64,000 bases of DNA from an uncultured virus (IMG/VR IMGVR_UViG_3300048930_001385) (taxonomy: Duplodnaviria > Heunggongvirae > Uroviricota > Caudoviricetes). Of this stretch, positions 19,523 through 29,359 are shown piece by piece. A program made the translations under genes and the position numbers. Under the pieces are notes generated by a model. The model was not told the origin of the DNA. It made no database searches and worked only from the letters and a program-made list of their open reading frames with translations. The number at the start of each line of letters is the position of its first letter. Position 1 is the stretch's first letter. The stretch lies in the IMG/VR virus record IMGVR_UViG_3300048930_001385; one strand, written 5' to 3'.

Positions 19523-19762
19523 TCAGACGATCTCAGTCTCCAGCGACCGCTCGTACTGGACTTGAAGGCTCACCGTCAGCGACGGGAAGTGAATGTAACG
19601 GCGCTGCATGCGCTCCAGAGCGTCCTTGACTTCGGCCTCGGTGCCGCGAAGGCAGAGGACCGATCCACGTCGCCCGACTACGAGCACGGGCATGCGCTCA
19701 ATCATTGCCCATGCTGCCATGGCTCGCTCGGTGGTCTGGAGATCAAACGCGACCTGCATCAT
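19523..19762 (-). CDS. hypothetical protein
   Basis: AGGAG RBS. Confidence 0.6.
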   Translation of the reverse strand: MMQVAFDLQTTERAMAAWAMIERMPVLVVGRRGSVLCLRGTEAEVKDALERMQRRYIHFPSLTVSLQVQYERSLETEIV

Positions 19763-19771
19763 GGCGATCTC

Positions 19772-19879
19772 CTAGTAGTTGCCGAGGAACAGAGCGATCT
19801 CGGACATGAGCTCTTGCATGAGCACGCGGATCATGGCATCCTCTTGCTCGCGAGTCATCGTGAAGCCGCTGAAGTCCAT
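19772..19879 (-). CDS. 35-aa peptide, paralogue of 6812-6922
   Basis: MDFSGFTMTREQEDAMIRVLMQELMSEIALFLGNY. Confidence 0.7.
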   Translation of the reverse strand: MDFSGFTMTREQEDAMIRVLMQELMSEIALFLGNY

Positions 19880-19963
19880 GTCGCTCTCCTTGATCGCTTG
19901 CCCTTGCCCTAGTATTATCGGCAGGTATCAAAATAAAGAGAGGACAATGGTGTGGCCCCCTAG

Positions 19964-20236
19964 TTATTCCCAAACGACCCGGAGCTTGTCCTCGTCCACT
20001 TGCTCCAGCCCATGCACCTCGGCAACGTGTTCCGCGTGCTCGTCCCTGATGAAATCGGTATCGTGTGCGCTCATCGTGTGTTGTCCACACGAGCACCAGG
20101 AGCGATGCACCGGGCCGTCGCAGCAAGACACGTCGCCACAGCCGCCGCTACTCTCAGGCGCTTCGACAGTGAGTACATGGGAGACGTAGTCAACGACTGG
20201 TCCAGTTGCAACTACTTCATTTGAGATCACGGTCAT
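19964..20236 (-). CDS. small CxCG...HxxxH protein
   Basis: WCSCG, EHVAEVH. Confidence 0.65.
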   Translation of the reverse strand: MTVISNEVVATGPVVDYVSHVLTVEAPESSGGCGDVSCCDGPVHRSWCSCGQHTMSAHDTDFIRDEHAEHVAEVHGLEQVDEDKLRVVWE

Positions 20237-20262
20237 GGCTGTCTCCTTTGAAAAGCTTACTT

Positions 20263-20379
20263 TCAACTCTTGGGCGCGCAGTCTTCACAAACCCAAACTC
20301 CTGGCAGGAGCTGTGTCAGCGTCTTGATGAAGCGACTATCCTTGCGGCAGCGAGCGCAAATGATCGTGATCCAGCCCAT
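20263..20379 (-). CDS. 38-aa zinc-ribbon peptide
   Basis: CARC...CEDC; same leader as 19772-19879. Confidence 0.6.
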   Translation of the reverse strand: MGWITIICARCRKDSRFIKTLTQLLPGVWVCEDCAPKS

Positions 20380-20467
20380 GTCGCTCTCCTTGGTCGCTTG
20401 CCTTTGCCATATATGTATCGGCTCGGGAAGAAAGTATCAAGAGGACAACGCTTTGGCCCACCCGCCT

Positions 20468-20701
20468 CTAGCGAGTTGCGCGCCGTGGAACCGGATAGCC
20501 GAGTTCTGTCATCAACTGGCCGCGCTCAGGCTCGGTGAGTGCATCCGAGTATCCGGACATGTATGCTGTGCGCAGGAGAAGGCCGAAAAATTCGGCGGTC
20601 ATATTCTCCAGACCGTATTCAAACGCCATTGCCCACAGCTGAGCGATTCGCATGTCCACGGCGTCGCCGATGCGATCAATCGTTTCGGGGCGCTGGCTCA
20701 T
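20468..20701 (-). CDS. hypothetical protein
   Basis: cassette ORF with RBS. Confidence 0.65.
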   Translation of the reverse strand: MSQRPETIDRIGDAVDMRIAQLWAMAFEYGLENMTAEFFGLLLRTAYMSGYSDALTEPERGQLMTELGYPVPRRATR

Positions 20702-20782
20702 GACTGACCTCTTTGCTCGGTGGCTTGCCCTACATGTATCGGCTAGGCAAGAAAGTATCTTGAGGCCGAGCCGCTGGCCATT

Positions 20783-21157
20783 CTAGTTGATGGGATCGGG
20801 AAAGCGGTTGCCCTTCGCGTCGATCTTGTCCATGGCCTTGATGACCAGGTCGAGTGCGCGGTGAATGGCCGGGCTCACGAACCGCTTGCGAGCGCGGTCA
20901 GCGAGGGAAGGCTCGAGCCGGTTGATGGTCACACCCCACGAAAGCTTGTTGCTCAGGCCCAACAGCACCAGCAGCGGTGCGCCGCCCGGACACGGCTCGG
21001 TATCCGAATCCTTGCAGCGGTAGTACCACTGGGTCTGCGCGTTGGTCCGCGCGACCTTGATCGCATCTCGGCGGTTAGCCCACTGATAACCCTTGCTCCG
21101 GTTCGGCCCCTGCGACCCGATGACCTTGCCGTTGATGCGCACCTCGTAAATAGCCAT
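20783..21157 (-). CDS. hypothetical protein
   Basis: cassette ORF with RBS. Confidence 0.7.
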   Translation of the reverse strand: MAIYEVRINGKVIGSQGPNRSKGYQWANRRDAIKVARTNAQTQWYYRCKDSDTEPCPGGAPLLVLLGLSNKLSWGVTINRLEPSLADRARKRFVSPAIHRALDLVIKAMDKIDAKGNRFPDPIN

Positions 21158-21239
21158 GGTACTCTCCTGCGTTCACTTGCCCTTGCTTACCTGTATCGGC
21201 ATGCAATTTAAATACCTTGAGGAAAACTCTCTGGCCAGG

Positions 21240-21410
21240 TCACTTGACCTCGCGCACCACCGGGCTTTCCACGACATACATCCAGTCGCTAGGGCGCTCC
21301 TTGATCGAGACAGGGTTGATGCTGACGACCATCGCCAATGCACAGAGCGAAGAGAAGGCAGCGAAGACGAGAAGAAACACTGTGAACAGAACCGGAATGA
21401 CGATACTCAT
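21240..21410 (-). CDS. 56-aa membrane peptide
   Basis: MSIVIPVLFTVFLLVFAAF... Confidence 0.55.
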   Translation of the reverse strand: MSIVIPVLFTVFLLVFAAFSSLCALAMVVSINPVSIKERPSDWMYVVESPVVREVK

Positions 21411-21476
21411 TGCAACCCCTTGTTTAGAACCTATCTCTTTTATCGGCAGGTACGGCGCTTAACCTAAGGCCAACTT

Positions 21477-21758
21477 TCAGACAGCAGCGGACTGCTTGCG
21501 AGAGGGCGCGAGGAGCGAGAGGTGATTGAGGTGGTGTCCGGCCATGACCCCATTAACGAAGGCGCGCGACTGCTCGATGTAGGCGAGAACAGATTCGTCG
21601 GCGTTAGAGAGGACGAGGTTGCCTGCCTTCTGCTGGTGTCGTATGGTGGAGACGCGCAGGCACAGGTGCTGCCAGTGATGCCCGGCCATGATCGGATCTG
21701 CGGCATCAGACTGGGCGCGACGCAGATCGTTGTAGAAACTGTCAATGATAGCCTGCAT
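21477..21758 (-). CDS. hypothetical protein
   Basis: cassette ORF with AAGGAG RBS. Confidence 0.65.
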   Translation of the reverse strand: MQAIIDSFYNDLRRAQSDAADPIMAGHHWQHLCLRVSTIRHQQKAGNLVLSNADESVLAYIEQSRAFVNGVMAGHHLNHLSLLAPSRKQSAAV

Positions 21759-21821
21759 GAGATCTCCTTGGTGAGTTGCGCCTGTTCTCCTCTGCCTTAT
21801 CTTTATCGGCAACGATAATAA

Positions 21822-22136
21822 TTATACTGAGGCCAACTGAGTGGCCGTTGTGCGAAGATCGAGCACCCGCTGCACCGCCCTCACCAGCTCGTCCTCCTGA
21901 CTCCACTCGTAACCCATCACTGGCGGGTAGAACCAGTCACCAACACGGTGCATTACATTGATCATGGCGAGCACGTGTTCATCCTCGGTCTCAATCTTGC
22001 CGTACAACTTCACAGCATAGCCGTATGCACGATATGAATCGCGCATCGCTCGGTCTGCACCTGCCGAGTTGGTCTTGGTCCAGATGATCGCACGATTGCA
22101 AGCGCGAGTGAGAGGTCCGATAACGTCTTCGTACAT
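21822..22136 (-). CDS. hypothetical protein
   Basis: cassette ORF that runs into the next element. Confidence 0.6.
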   Translation of the reverse strand: MYEDVIGPLTRACNRAIIWTKTNSAGADRAMRDSYRAYGYAVKLYGKIETEDEHVLAMINVMHRVGDWFYPPVMGYEWSQEDELVRAVQRVLDLRTTATQLASV

Positions 22137-22243
22137 GCTGAGATCCTCTGTTTGCTTCGGGTGACACCTGAGAGACCGTGCCCGTGTCATTGTTATTAAC
22201 GGCAGAAGGCCGGATTATCTTGAGGCCTCCCTTCCGGCCTCTT

Positions 22244-22516
22244 TCAACACTGGCCGCGCGGGTCACGGTGATCAATGACTTCGAGCTCATGCTCGCGGAA
22301 CCAGCCACCGGTTCGGCGCTCACCGTCGATTACGACAGGGGTGAGGTAGTGCACCCAGAGCTCACGCGGGTAACCCTTGGACTGAGACTCGCTGTTCTCC
22401 TTCGTGACCGCGCCCTCAATGTAGACGGTGTTGCCATGACGACGAGCTTCAGGGCGCTGTGACAGCCCACTTACCCAGCTCCCCAGTGTAATCTGCTTGT
22501 CTGCAATTGCGCTCAT
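22244..22516 (-). CDS. hypothetical protein
   Basis: cassette ORF. Confidence 0.65.
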   Translation of the reverse strand: MSAIADKQITLGSWVSGLSQRPEARRHGNTVYIEGAVTKENSESQSKGYPRELWVHYLTPVVIDGERRTGGWFREHELEVIDHRDPRGQC

Positions 22517-22633
22517 GAATGTGCCCCTCGGTTGCCGCTTTCTAATCTAGATATCGGCACGGGAATAATTTATCTTGAGGACAGTGCGGTGGCCGCCTTG
22601 CGGACTCTGCACGATTAAGCCAATGTGACAACC

Positions 22634-22984
22634 CTAGTAGCGGCCATCGAGAATACTGATTCGGAGGTGCTCGGGCAATCGTTCTGCCCAAGCATAGGCT
22701 TCTTCCATGATGTCAGTAGTGAAAAAGCAGACTTCGTCGCCGGTGACCTGCCAGCGCTCGTAGACAGCCTGCAAGAGCTTCTGGGCATGACCTTGCCCTC
22801 TCTCATGGGCCTCGATCCAGTGAATGCAGACACCTTCACCGCTACGATACTCCATATGGAGTTCGGCCAGGAGTTTCTGACCCCGCAGAAGCCGAACACA
22901 GTAGCCGTCACCGTTGGGCTCGACATAGTCATCTGCCCCTGGTGACCAGGCTTCGTAGTTGACGACTGGTTCTGGACCTGACAT
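22634..22984 (-). CDS. GNAT-like acetyltransferase
   Basis: IHWIEAHERGQGHAQKLL resembles GNAT motif A (R/QxxGxA). Confidence 0.55.
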   Translation of the reverse strand: MSGPEPVVNYEAWSPGADDYVEPNGDGYCVRLLRGQKLLAELHMEYRSGEGVCIHWIEAHERGQGHAQKLLQAVYERWQVTGDEVCFFTTDIMEEAYAWAERLPEHLRISILDGRY

Positions 22985-23358
22985 TTCGCCCCTCCTATAA
23001 CCTTAATCGGCAGCCGCCCGAATAATCACGAGGACAGTGTGATGGCCACATTACCAATTACTTGATCTCGCGTACAACCGCATTGTTCACGGCAAACAGC
23101 TCTCCGGTGCGACGGTGGCGGTAATAACGAGTACCGTCAGCCTCTTCAATTGGGTTGTAGTCGTTCTCGCGCATCACTCGGTCAGTCGCGCGGTTGATGC
23201 TGTCAACCAGAGTCTTTTCCACGAGATCCCATTCTCCTGTCGTTTGCTCTATGCTATTATCGGCACCACTCTCTAGACCATGAGGCCAAAGACTGTCCCC
23301 ATGCAAATAGGGAGGGCCGACCCGCAGGCCAGTCCTCCCTATTCAGCGCTTAACCTTG

Positions 23359-23907
23359 CTACTGCTTTAGATCAGCAAGCTCGGCCTCAATCTTGGCCCG
23401 CTCGGCCTCAAGCTTGGCGACCTTGGCATTGCTATCCTCCTCGGGACGGATCACATCAGGCTTGCTCGTGTCAGGCTCCGAGGCTGCCTTGTCGTCCTCG
23501 CCACCGACGCGCAGGTCGATGTCCGGCACGATGACAGAGGGCTTGAACGTGACGCGATAGCGGTAGACGCTGACCTTTTCTGCTTCCATCTGCTCCACGA
23601 AGTAGCTCACGTTGTCAGACAGGCCTACGAAGTGCTTCTTGTACTCGTCCTTGCCGACCTTGCAAGTCACCGTGCGCAGGTGCTTCGGATCGTCATTGCC
23701 GAGCGAGCAGCGACCCTCGATGACCAGCAGGTACTTGTCGGTGATACCGTTGAAAAACACGACCCGGCGCTGGATCTCGAAGTTGTCAGCGGCCTTGGAC
23801 AGGTTGCGCGAAGCAACATCTGCATCCTCGCCACATCCGGCGAACACCACGGCTGATCCGATGATTGCGACTCCGAGCATTACCGTCTGGAAAATCTTGC
23901 TCTTCAT
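23359..23907 (-). CDS. conserved phage lipoprotein
   Basis: lipobox FAGC; DADVASRNLSKAADNFEIQRRVVFFNGITD. Confidence 0.75.
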   Translation of the reverse strand: MKSKIFQTVMLGVAIIGSAVVFAGCGEDADVASRNLSKAADNFEIQRRVVFFNGITDKYLLVIEGRCSLGNDDPKHLRTVTCKVGKDEYKKHFVGLSDNVSYFVEQMEAEKVSVYRYRVTFKPSVIVPDIDLRVGGEDDKAASEPDTSKPDVIRPEEDSNAKVAKLEAERAKIEAELADLKQ

Positions 23908-24016
23908 GGTGACTCCTTGTTGTTTTGCCTTGCCCTACTAATATCGGGCTAGGATGAAGTTATCTTGAGGCCAGTGTCATGGCCTCAGGACCAGTGCGGG
24001 GTCAAGCGTGGTGTGA

Positions 24017-24346
24017 CTATGCTCGGTAGTTCTGCACGGCTCGCATGGCCCGGTGGAAACTCGTCCAGACCTGTTCGGTGACCTCACCCTGACGCTTCTG
24101 ATGCTCGACCCAAGAGCCAGCAACCCACAGGGCTGTATGGAGACTGTTGCGCTGCTCATCATCGGTGGGCACAGCACCGAATGGCCTGTGATTTTGCACG
24201 GCACGCATAGCGCGATGAAACCGCTCCCAGACCTGCTCGGTGATCTCCCCAGCTCGCTTCTGATGCTCGATCCACGAACCCGCAATCCACAGGTCTCGAT
24301 GCAGCGTGTGCAGCTTCTCGTCGGCGACTGTTGCGGTGGCGGTCAT
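24017..24346 (-). CDS. protein made of two tandem ~54-aa repeats
   Basis: LH..LW.AGSW.EHQKR.GE.TEQVW..FHRAMRAVQN twice. Confidence 0.75.
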   Translation of the reverse strand: MTATATVADEKLHTLHRDLWIAGSWIEHQKRAGEITEQVWERFHRAMRAVQNHRPFGAVPTDDEQRNSLHTALWVAGSWVEHQKRQGEVTEQVWTSFHRAMRAVQNYRA

Positions 24347-24462
24347 GGTTTCTCCTTGAATGGCCTGACGAAAGTATCGGTACTAATTGGCTGAGACAAG
24401 AGGACAACAGCCTGGCCGGCTACACCCCTTGACCGTCTTCAGCGCGTAAGCGTCTCGCCCCG

Positions 24463-24678
24463 TTAGACCCTCCGACTCAACTTCACGCTCACGTCGTCCA
24501 CGATAGCCGCAGCGCTCTTATAATTTCGCGGATCGTAAGCGCTCTTGACGTACGCGCGGTACTCGGCGACTGCCTCTGCCTGAGCAGTATCCACGTCGGC
24601 GGCCTCAACCGTGCCCTGCCAAAGCGTATCTCCCCACTTCGCATCGGTGACGATAGCGGTAAAGGTGAGAATCTGCAT
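24463..24678 (-). CDS. hypothetical protein
   Basis: hairpin leader, GGAGG RBS. Confidence 0.65.
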   Translation of the reverse strand: MQILTFTAIVTDAKWGDTLWQGTVEAADVDTAQAEAVAEYRAYVKSAYDPRNYKSAAAIVDDVSVKLSRRV

Positions 24679-24773
24679 GGCGAACCTCCGACTTAGCAAG
24701 GAGGCTTTTCCTCCCTTGCTATTATATTATCGGCAGCGCATCCGGAAACCTTGAGGCCAATTTCAAGGTTGGA

Positions 24774-25094
24774 TTAGATCCAACTGAGCAAGTCTTCTCG
24801 AATCACGCGGACACGAATGATGGCGTCCAGGAGGTGATGGTGCAGGGTGCGGTCGTGATCGTTGTAGATCAGCGACTCGCTGGACAGTGCCTCACTGATG
24901 CACCACACGCGGAAAAAGCCGGTCGCCTTGCCGTCCTTGATCTTATACGGCTGGAACGCCCACATGAGCGTGTCCTCACCGAACGCCGGGTCAAGGCAAA
25001 GCTCGGTGAGCATATCAGCCAGCTCGCCCTCAGTCTTTGCTGCGAGGCTGATGCGCTCGAGGCTGGTCTCGTTCTCGCAGATGAGCTTATTCAT
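24774..25094 (-). CDS. hypothetical protein
   Basis: cassette ORF. Confidence 0.65.
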   Translation of the reverse strand: MNKLICENETSLERISLAAKTEGELADMLTELCLDPAFGEDTLMWAFQPYKIKDGKATGFFRVWCISEALSSESLIYNDHDRTLHHHLLDAIIRVRVIREDLLSWI

Positions 25095-25187
25095 GCTATC
25101 CTCTTTCCGGTTTCCCTTTGCCCTCTATATCGGTTGGCTTTCAGAGAACCCTTAGGCCATAGTTTGGCCGGACTTCTGGCCCGATGA

Positions 25188-25814
25188 TCATGGCTGAAGG
25201 TCGTAGCGAGCAGCAACCTTCTGGTAGCGCACCTCAAACGCTTGCTCGCTACCTGCACTCGGGCACTCGTTCTTGACCTTCTCTCCGGGATTATATTCAC
25301 ACCATTCACCCAGCGCTTGGTCACTCTTCCGACTGTTAACCGACTGCTGAACCGCCATCAAGTTATTCGGATCGTTCGCGAACGCAATTCGCTGTGAGCG
25401 CGTCCAATCACTTGCGCCCTGCCGCCATGCATGCGCGAGAGCGTACACATGGTCGACATCCACGTTAGAGGGGTTAGACTCAACAGCGCCCGTGTATGGA
25501 TCAACCCACTTGCCGGCGACTACACGACAGCCCTCGACTCGCACATTCTCACCATCGCGAACCAGTATCTCTGCGCGAGTATCCAAGCAGTCGCGATCCG
25601 CATCGATCCATCCGCTGCCGTATGCTGTGCGGTCGTAGTCAGCCATGGCCGGATCGTGCAGCGTAACCTTACCGGTTGCTCGGTCGATGGAGTATCCGCC
25701 CGACGGGTAGACAGGGTCGCCTCCCACGCTGTTCGGATGTGGAATTGCCATTGCGGAGAGAGAGGCAACCACGACGAGAAGGATGACGGCGAGGGTATAG
25801 TGATTATTCTTCAT
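25188..25814 (-). CDS. secreted HNH endonuclease (DUF1524-like)
   Basis: signal peptide; YDR..YG.GW.D.D.DC.DTR; DVDHVYAL..AW..GA; FAND..NL.AV...N..KSD. Confidence 0.85.
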   Translation of the reverse strand: MKNNHYTLAVILLVVVASLSAMAIPHPNSVGGDPVYPSGGYSIDRATGKVTLHDPAMADYDRTAYGSGWIDADRDCLDTRAEILVRDGENVRVEGCRVVAGKWVDPYTGAVESNPSNVDVDHVYALAHAWRQGASDWTRSQRIAFANDPNNLMAVQQSVNSRKSDQALGEWCEYNPGEKVKNECPSAGSEQAFEVRYQKVAARYDLQP

Positions 25815-25918
25815 AAGGTACGTATCGTCCCCCTGGTCAAAATACTTGAGGCCAACTTCTCAATCATGACAGGGTTTAATTGGCAGGAGGGAGAAAATTC
25901 CACAGCCAGGAACGATGC

Positions 25919-26500
25919 CTAGGCCGGTCGTCCATCCTGCTGTTCGCGCAACCATCGGTGTCGAGCAGCAGCTTGTTGTCTGAGGCGAGTAATCATCCTC
26001 TGGCGAGTTAGTGGCTTGCATACATGGTAAACACTCGGCACTCCTGTTTTCATGTATAGTGGCACCGCCAGTCCCCGGTAGATCATGTGGTACGGTGAGA
26101 TACTGAACTCTCTAGAGCCTATCCATGTGGACTTGTTACCAAATTCCGCATCGCAAATACCCTCCAGGTAATGGATGAATTTATCAAGACTCACAATCTC
26201 CCCGGCCGCGTCATGGTAATAGCCAGGCCATGTCTCGTAATACTTTTCCCAGAACAGATTACCGTCAGCATCCCATTGACTGACACACGGCCCCTCTTTA
26301 ACAGGCCGACTGAATACTCCTCCTCCGAGACAGTAAACTTCTTGATAGATAGATCCGTTCCCATGATACCAACACTTAACCTTGCGTTCGCCATCCATCG
26401 CCCTCAAGTAGTAGCCTTCCTCATCACCAGCTTCATAGAGTCCAATATGGAATACGCTATCACCGAAAGCCTTAAGATCATCCTCGTATGTTCGGCTCAC
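25919..26500 (-). CDS. hypothetical protein, paralogue of 8251-8826
   Basis: shared motifs WPGYY.DAA.EI, SPYH, VPLYMK. Confidence 0.8.
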   Translation of the reverse strand: MSRTYEDDLKAFGDSVFHIGLYEAGDEEGYYLRAMDGERKVKCWYHGNGSIYQEVYCLGGGVFSRPVKEGPCVSQWDADGNLFWEKYYETWPGYYHDAAGEIVSLDKFIHYLEGICDAEFGNKSTWIGSREFSISPYHMIYRGLAVPLYMKTGVPSVYHVCKPLTRQRMITRLRQQAAARHRWLREQQDGRPA

Positions 26501-26504
26501 GACA

Positions 26505-27323
26505 TCACCTGTGGCCTTGTCCTAATGTTTGGCGATGACTCAGCTCTTGCTGGCGTAGGCGAATCTGGCGCGTGAGGTGTGCGAGAGTCACGGATCGCTT
26601 ACTTGTGTTAGTAAAACCCATAACTCCTGAATAAGCTAGCCGGTTCGTGTTCGTGCGACTAATCGTTGGCGCGTACGTAGTCCCGTCCCATACGGCATCA
26701 GCAGTGAGGCCCTTAAAGGAGGTTGTTGTAAAACCCGTCTTGCAATATTCGTGTGCACTCATGAGTAGATACACCTGCCGAGTAATTTCCTCATCGGTCC
26801 AAGGACTGAGATCCTGAGGACGCAGGCCATGCTCGCGGAATTCGATAATAGTGGGTTCAGCTTCGCCATTCCACAGCCACTGCTCTAGTGCGGGCCCTTC
26901 TGCGTAGGGTCGGTGTAGTTCGCCTTGGTGACGATATTCCCTCCGCATCGGCTGTCCGCTATCAAACCAACTCTCTAGTGCCGGACCGTCACCACGATGC
27001 AATATGTTCTCCTGATACCATTCGATTGCCTGGTCCAGACCATCTGGGTAGTACGAACGATGTGCGGGTCCATCGTCGCGGTGTAGCTTGCCGTACTGGT
27101 AATAACCTTCGCTAGCCACACTCCCATCCTCACGGTAGCTAATCATTGCTGGGCCGTGATCGTGATGAACTTCTAAGTCGGAGTTTGAGTGGATCTCATT
27201 ACACAACGAGCCGTCTTTGTGATAGTCACGAATGATCAGGCTCCCATCGGGTAGTGTTTCAATTTGACGAGTTGCACCAAAAAGCATCCCTCCACTGATC
27301 ACGTTTCTTACGCTACTCCCCAT
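26505..27323 (-). CDS. HRxDGPA-repeat protein, paralogue of 8997-9818
   Basis: LHRDDGPA, LHRGDGPA, HRPYAEGPA; TGTTATATT -10 upstream. Confidence 0.8.
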   Translation of the reverse strand: MGSSVRNVISGGMLFGATRQIETLPDGSLIIRDYHKDGSLCNEIHSNSDLEVHHDHGPAMISYREDGSVASEGYYQYGKLHRDDGPAHRSYYPDGLDQAIEWYQENILHRGDGPALESWFDSGQPMRREYRHQGELHRPYAEGPALEQWLWNGEAEPTIIEFREHGLRPQDLSPWTDEEITRQVYLLMSAHEYCKTGFTTTSFKGLTADAVWDGTTYAPTISRTNTNRLAYSGVMGFTNTSKRSVTLAHLTRQIRLRQQELSHRQTLGQGHR

Positions 27324-27348
27324 ATGCTTAATATAACACGCGTAGGTC

Positions 27349-27488
27349 TTAGCCGGTGCCGTCGTTCTCAATCCACCACTCACGCACTAACCGAAGCTGT
27401 CCACGAGTTAGGGTTCGGCCAGTATATAGTTTGTTCAGCTCTCCCGCGCCGGCCCATCCATCCACTGGGGCCATTCTTTAGTGTTCAT
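27349..27488 (-). pseudogene. internally deleted HhH-family paralogue
   Basis: MNTKEWPQWMDGPARES* joined out of frame to TLTRGQLRLVREWWIEND. Confidence 0.65.
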
Positions 27489-27492
27489 GCTC

Positions 27493-27960
27493 TTACTCAT
27501 GCTCGTCCATGTTCTCAAGCCACCACGCGCGGAAGCGATTGTAATCTCGCCGTGAAGGTGTTTGTAGGGCAAGCATTTTTCGACCGGGTTCTTGAAGCGG
27601 TGTGACAGCGATGACAGCATTACGATTCTTTTTGACGTATTCTCGGATCATGCTATACAGCGACTCGGGATCATCCCGGACAAGGTCGCCAATAACTTTT
27701 TTCTTGAGTGCACAGTGAAGCATCACGCTCTCATAGAGTCCGGCATACTTTTTGCCGATACCAGGGACTGTCTTGAGACAATCGTCGAGATGAAAGAAGC
27801 CTAGGACACGATAAGCGATAACCACCGTGTCAATCAGGTCGTCCGGGGTCATGCTATCGCGCAGTGCATGGCGCGAGCCCCGATGAAAAGGGGTGACCGC
27901 TCGCAAGGGTGCAGGGAGACTCGGATAGTAGTGCGTCGTTAGCCATTCGTAGTAATCCAT
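27493..27960 (-). CDS. HhH (PGxG...REWW) family protein
   Basis: LPAPLR, KTVPGIGKKYA, IGDLVRDDPESL, RFRAWW; TGCTATGAT -10. Confidence 0.8.
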   Translation of the reverse strand: MDYYEWLTTHYYPSLPAPLRAVTPFHRGSRHALRDSMTPDDLIDTVVIAYRVLGFFHLDDCLKTVPGIGKKYAGLYESVMLHCALKKKVIGDLVRDDPESLYSMIREYVKKNRNAVIAVTPLQEPGRKMLALQTPSRRDYNRFRAWWLENMDEHE

Positions 27961-28024
27961 GCTAGCCACATCATAGCATGGCAAAAAACTGCCCTGTCTC
28001 CGGAAGTCTTATAATTGCCGCGTG

Positions 28025-28242
28025 TCAATAAGACTGCAAAGAGGTCAGGATCCTATACATCATCACTCGAGCGCGGCGGGCCGGAGAGAGGGGTGCTGAG
28101 ATCCTTACCCTTGCCCTGTGCGCAGTCGGGAAGGCTATTGAACTGCTCAACGGTGAGATCAATAATCTCTCTACTTGGCCCCTGCAAGCACCAGCTGCTC
28201 ATTCGTGAACTTGCGCTTGCGGGCCTTCGCCGTCGCAGTCAT
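28025..28242 (-). pseudogene. chimeric remnant of the 12209 and 11699 genes
   Basis: RKRKFTNEQLVL followed by EIIDLTVEQF...GKGKDLSTP. Confidence 0.7.
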
Positions 28243-28378
28243 TTCAGGTCTCCCTGGTAGCTGTGAATTGGGCCGGTCGCCCTTTGCCCTGTTGTTATCG
28301 GGGCACTAATGTTTTATCTTGAGGCCATTGTGCTGACCGCAGTGAAAGTATACGACTAGCCCAGGCGAGTAAGGAGGC

Positions 28379-28612
28379 TCAAGGATAACTTTCCTTAAGC
28401 TCCTCCCAATCTCCATCAAGGATAAGAATGATCCGGTCTCCCGGAGTGTCCGGACAAGTCACCTCACCTTCCACCCAAACACCGTCATCGGGCTGTGAAT
28501 CATATCCCACAGCAGCAACCGTCTTCTGAGTATGCTCGCTGCCACATGACGGGCAGAGAAACGTGACCTCGGTCTTTACTGCTACATTCTTTGCGATGCG
28601 ATAGTAAGGCAT
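28379..28612 (-). CDS. small Cys-containing protein, leaderless
   Basis: CPSCG...VTCP; CGATA-N8-ATG. Confidence 0.7.
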   Translation of the reverse strand: MPYYRIAKNVAVKTEVTFLCPSCGSEHTQKTVAAVGYDSQPDDGVWVEGEVTCPDTPGDRIILILDGDWEELKESYP

Positions 28613-28777
28613 GTGATTAATATCGGCAGCTAGATCTAATCGTTGAGGACAGTTAATGGCCTTCGTCCAGGGCCAGAGTCCCCATCGATGACTGCCCTAT
28701 ATGTATCGGCTAGGAATGAATTTTTCTAAAGACAATCTACTGATCTCAGGAAGCGCGAGCGAGTATGGCCGCCGCCG

Positions 28778-29278
28778 TCAAGGCGAAGTTATCCACCATT
28801 CTCTGAAGTTTTTGGCAACGGAAGGGTGTTTACTGGCGTGCGTAGAACTTCCCGCAGTATACTCTCGACGATTGAATATCTCCAGCAAGTCATCCGGGCT
28901 ATTGTGCAAAATTTCACTAGGAAGTTTTTGTTCGTAGACCATTTTCAACATGCCGACCGCAGCGCGACCTGACCACGCGCTTCCAATCCCGGGCACCTCG
29001 AGTGATCCGGCCTGGAGGGCGCGTCCCAGGCCACAGTCGTAGAATTTCTGCGTATTGAGGCGCGGTAGGCCTATTGCAGGCGTTAGTGATTCTTTGACCA
29101 GTGCATATTGCCAGCTGACAACTGGACCGTAGTCCTGCTGTACGCGAAAATTCTCAACGACCAAACGGGAGCGCACAGAGTCGGGAAGGTCGCCTAGTAG
29201 CTCCGCAGTAAGCCAGTCGTAGTATTGACGCTGTACCCAGCGGTTACATCTTATCTGCTTGGGTATCCATATCCTCAC
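28778..29278 (-). CDS. HhH (PGxG...REWW) family protein
   Basis: LPDSVR, EVPGIGSAWS, NSPDDLL, KNFREWW. Confidence 0.8.
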   Translation of the reverse strand: MRIWIPKQIRCNRWVQRQYYDWLTAELLGDLPDSVRSRLVVENFRVQQDYGPVVSWQYALVKESLTPAIGLPRLNTQKFYDCGLGRALQAGSLEVPGIGSAWSGRAAVGMLKMVYEQKLPSEILHNSPDDLLEIFNRREYTAGSSTHASKHPSVAKNFREWWITSP

Positions 29279-29359
29279 TGCCTCAATATAGCGCAGTGAG
29301 GCCAGTGTGGGGCTGCTAGGGCAATGCGCGACGAAGCCGTTTATGCGCGGTCCTGCTGC

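Noticed and set aside
23359..23907. Recombination directionality factor label that I recall being applied to this phage family
   Set aside because: The signal peptide and lipobox indicate an exported lipoprotein, so it is not evidence of a recombination system
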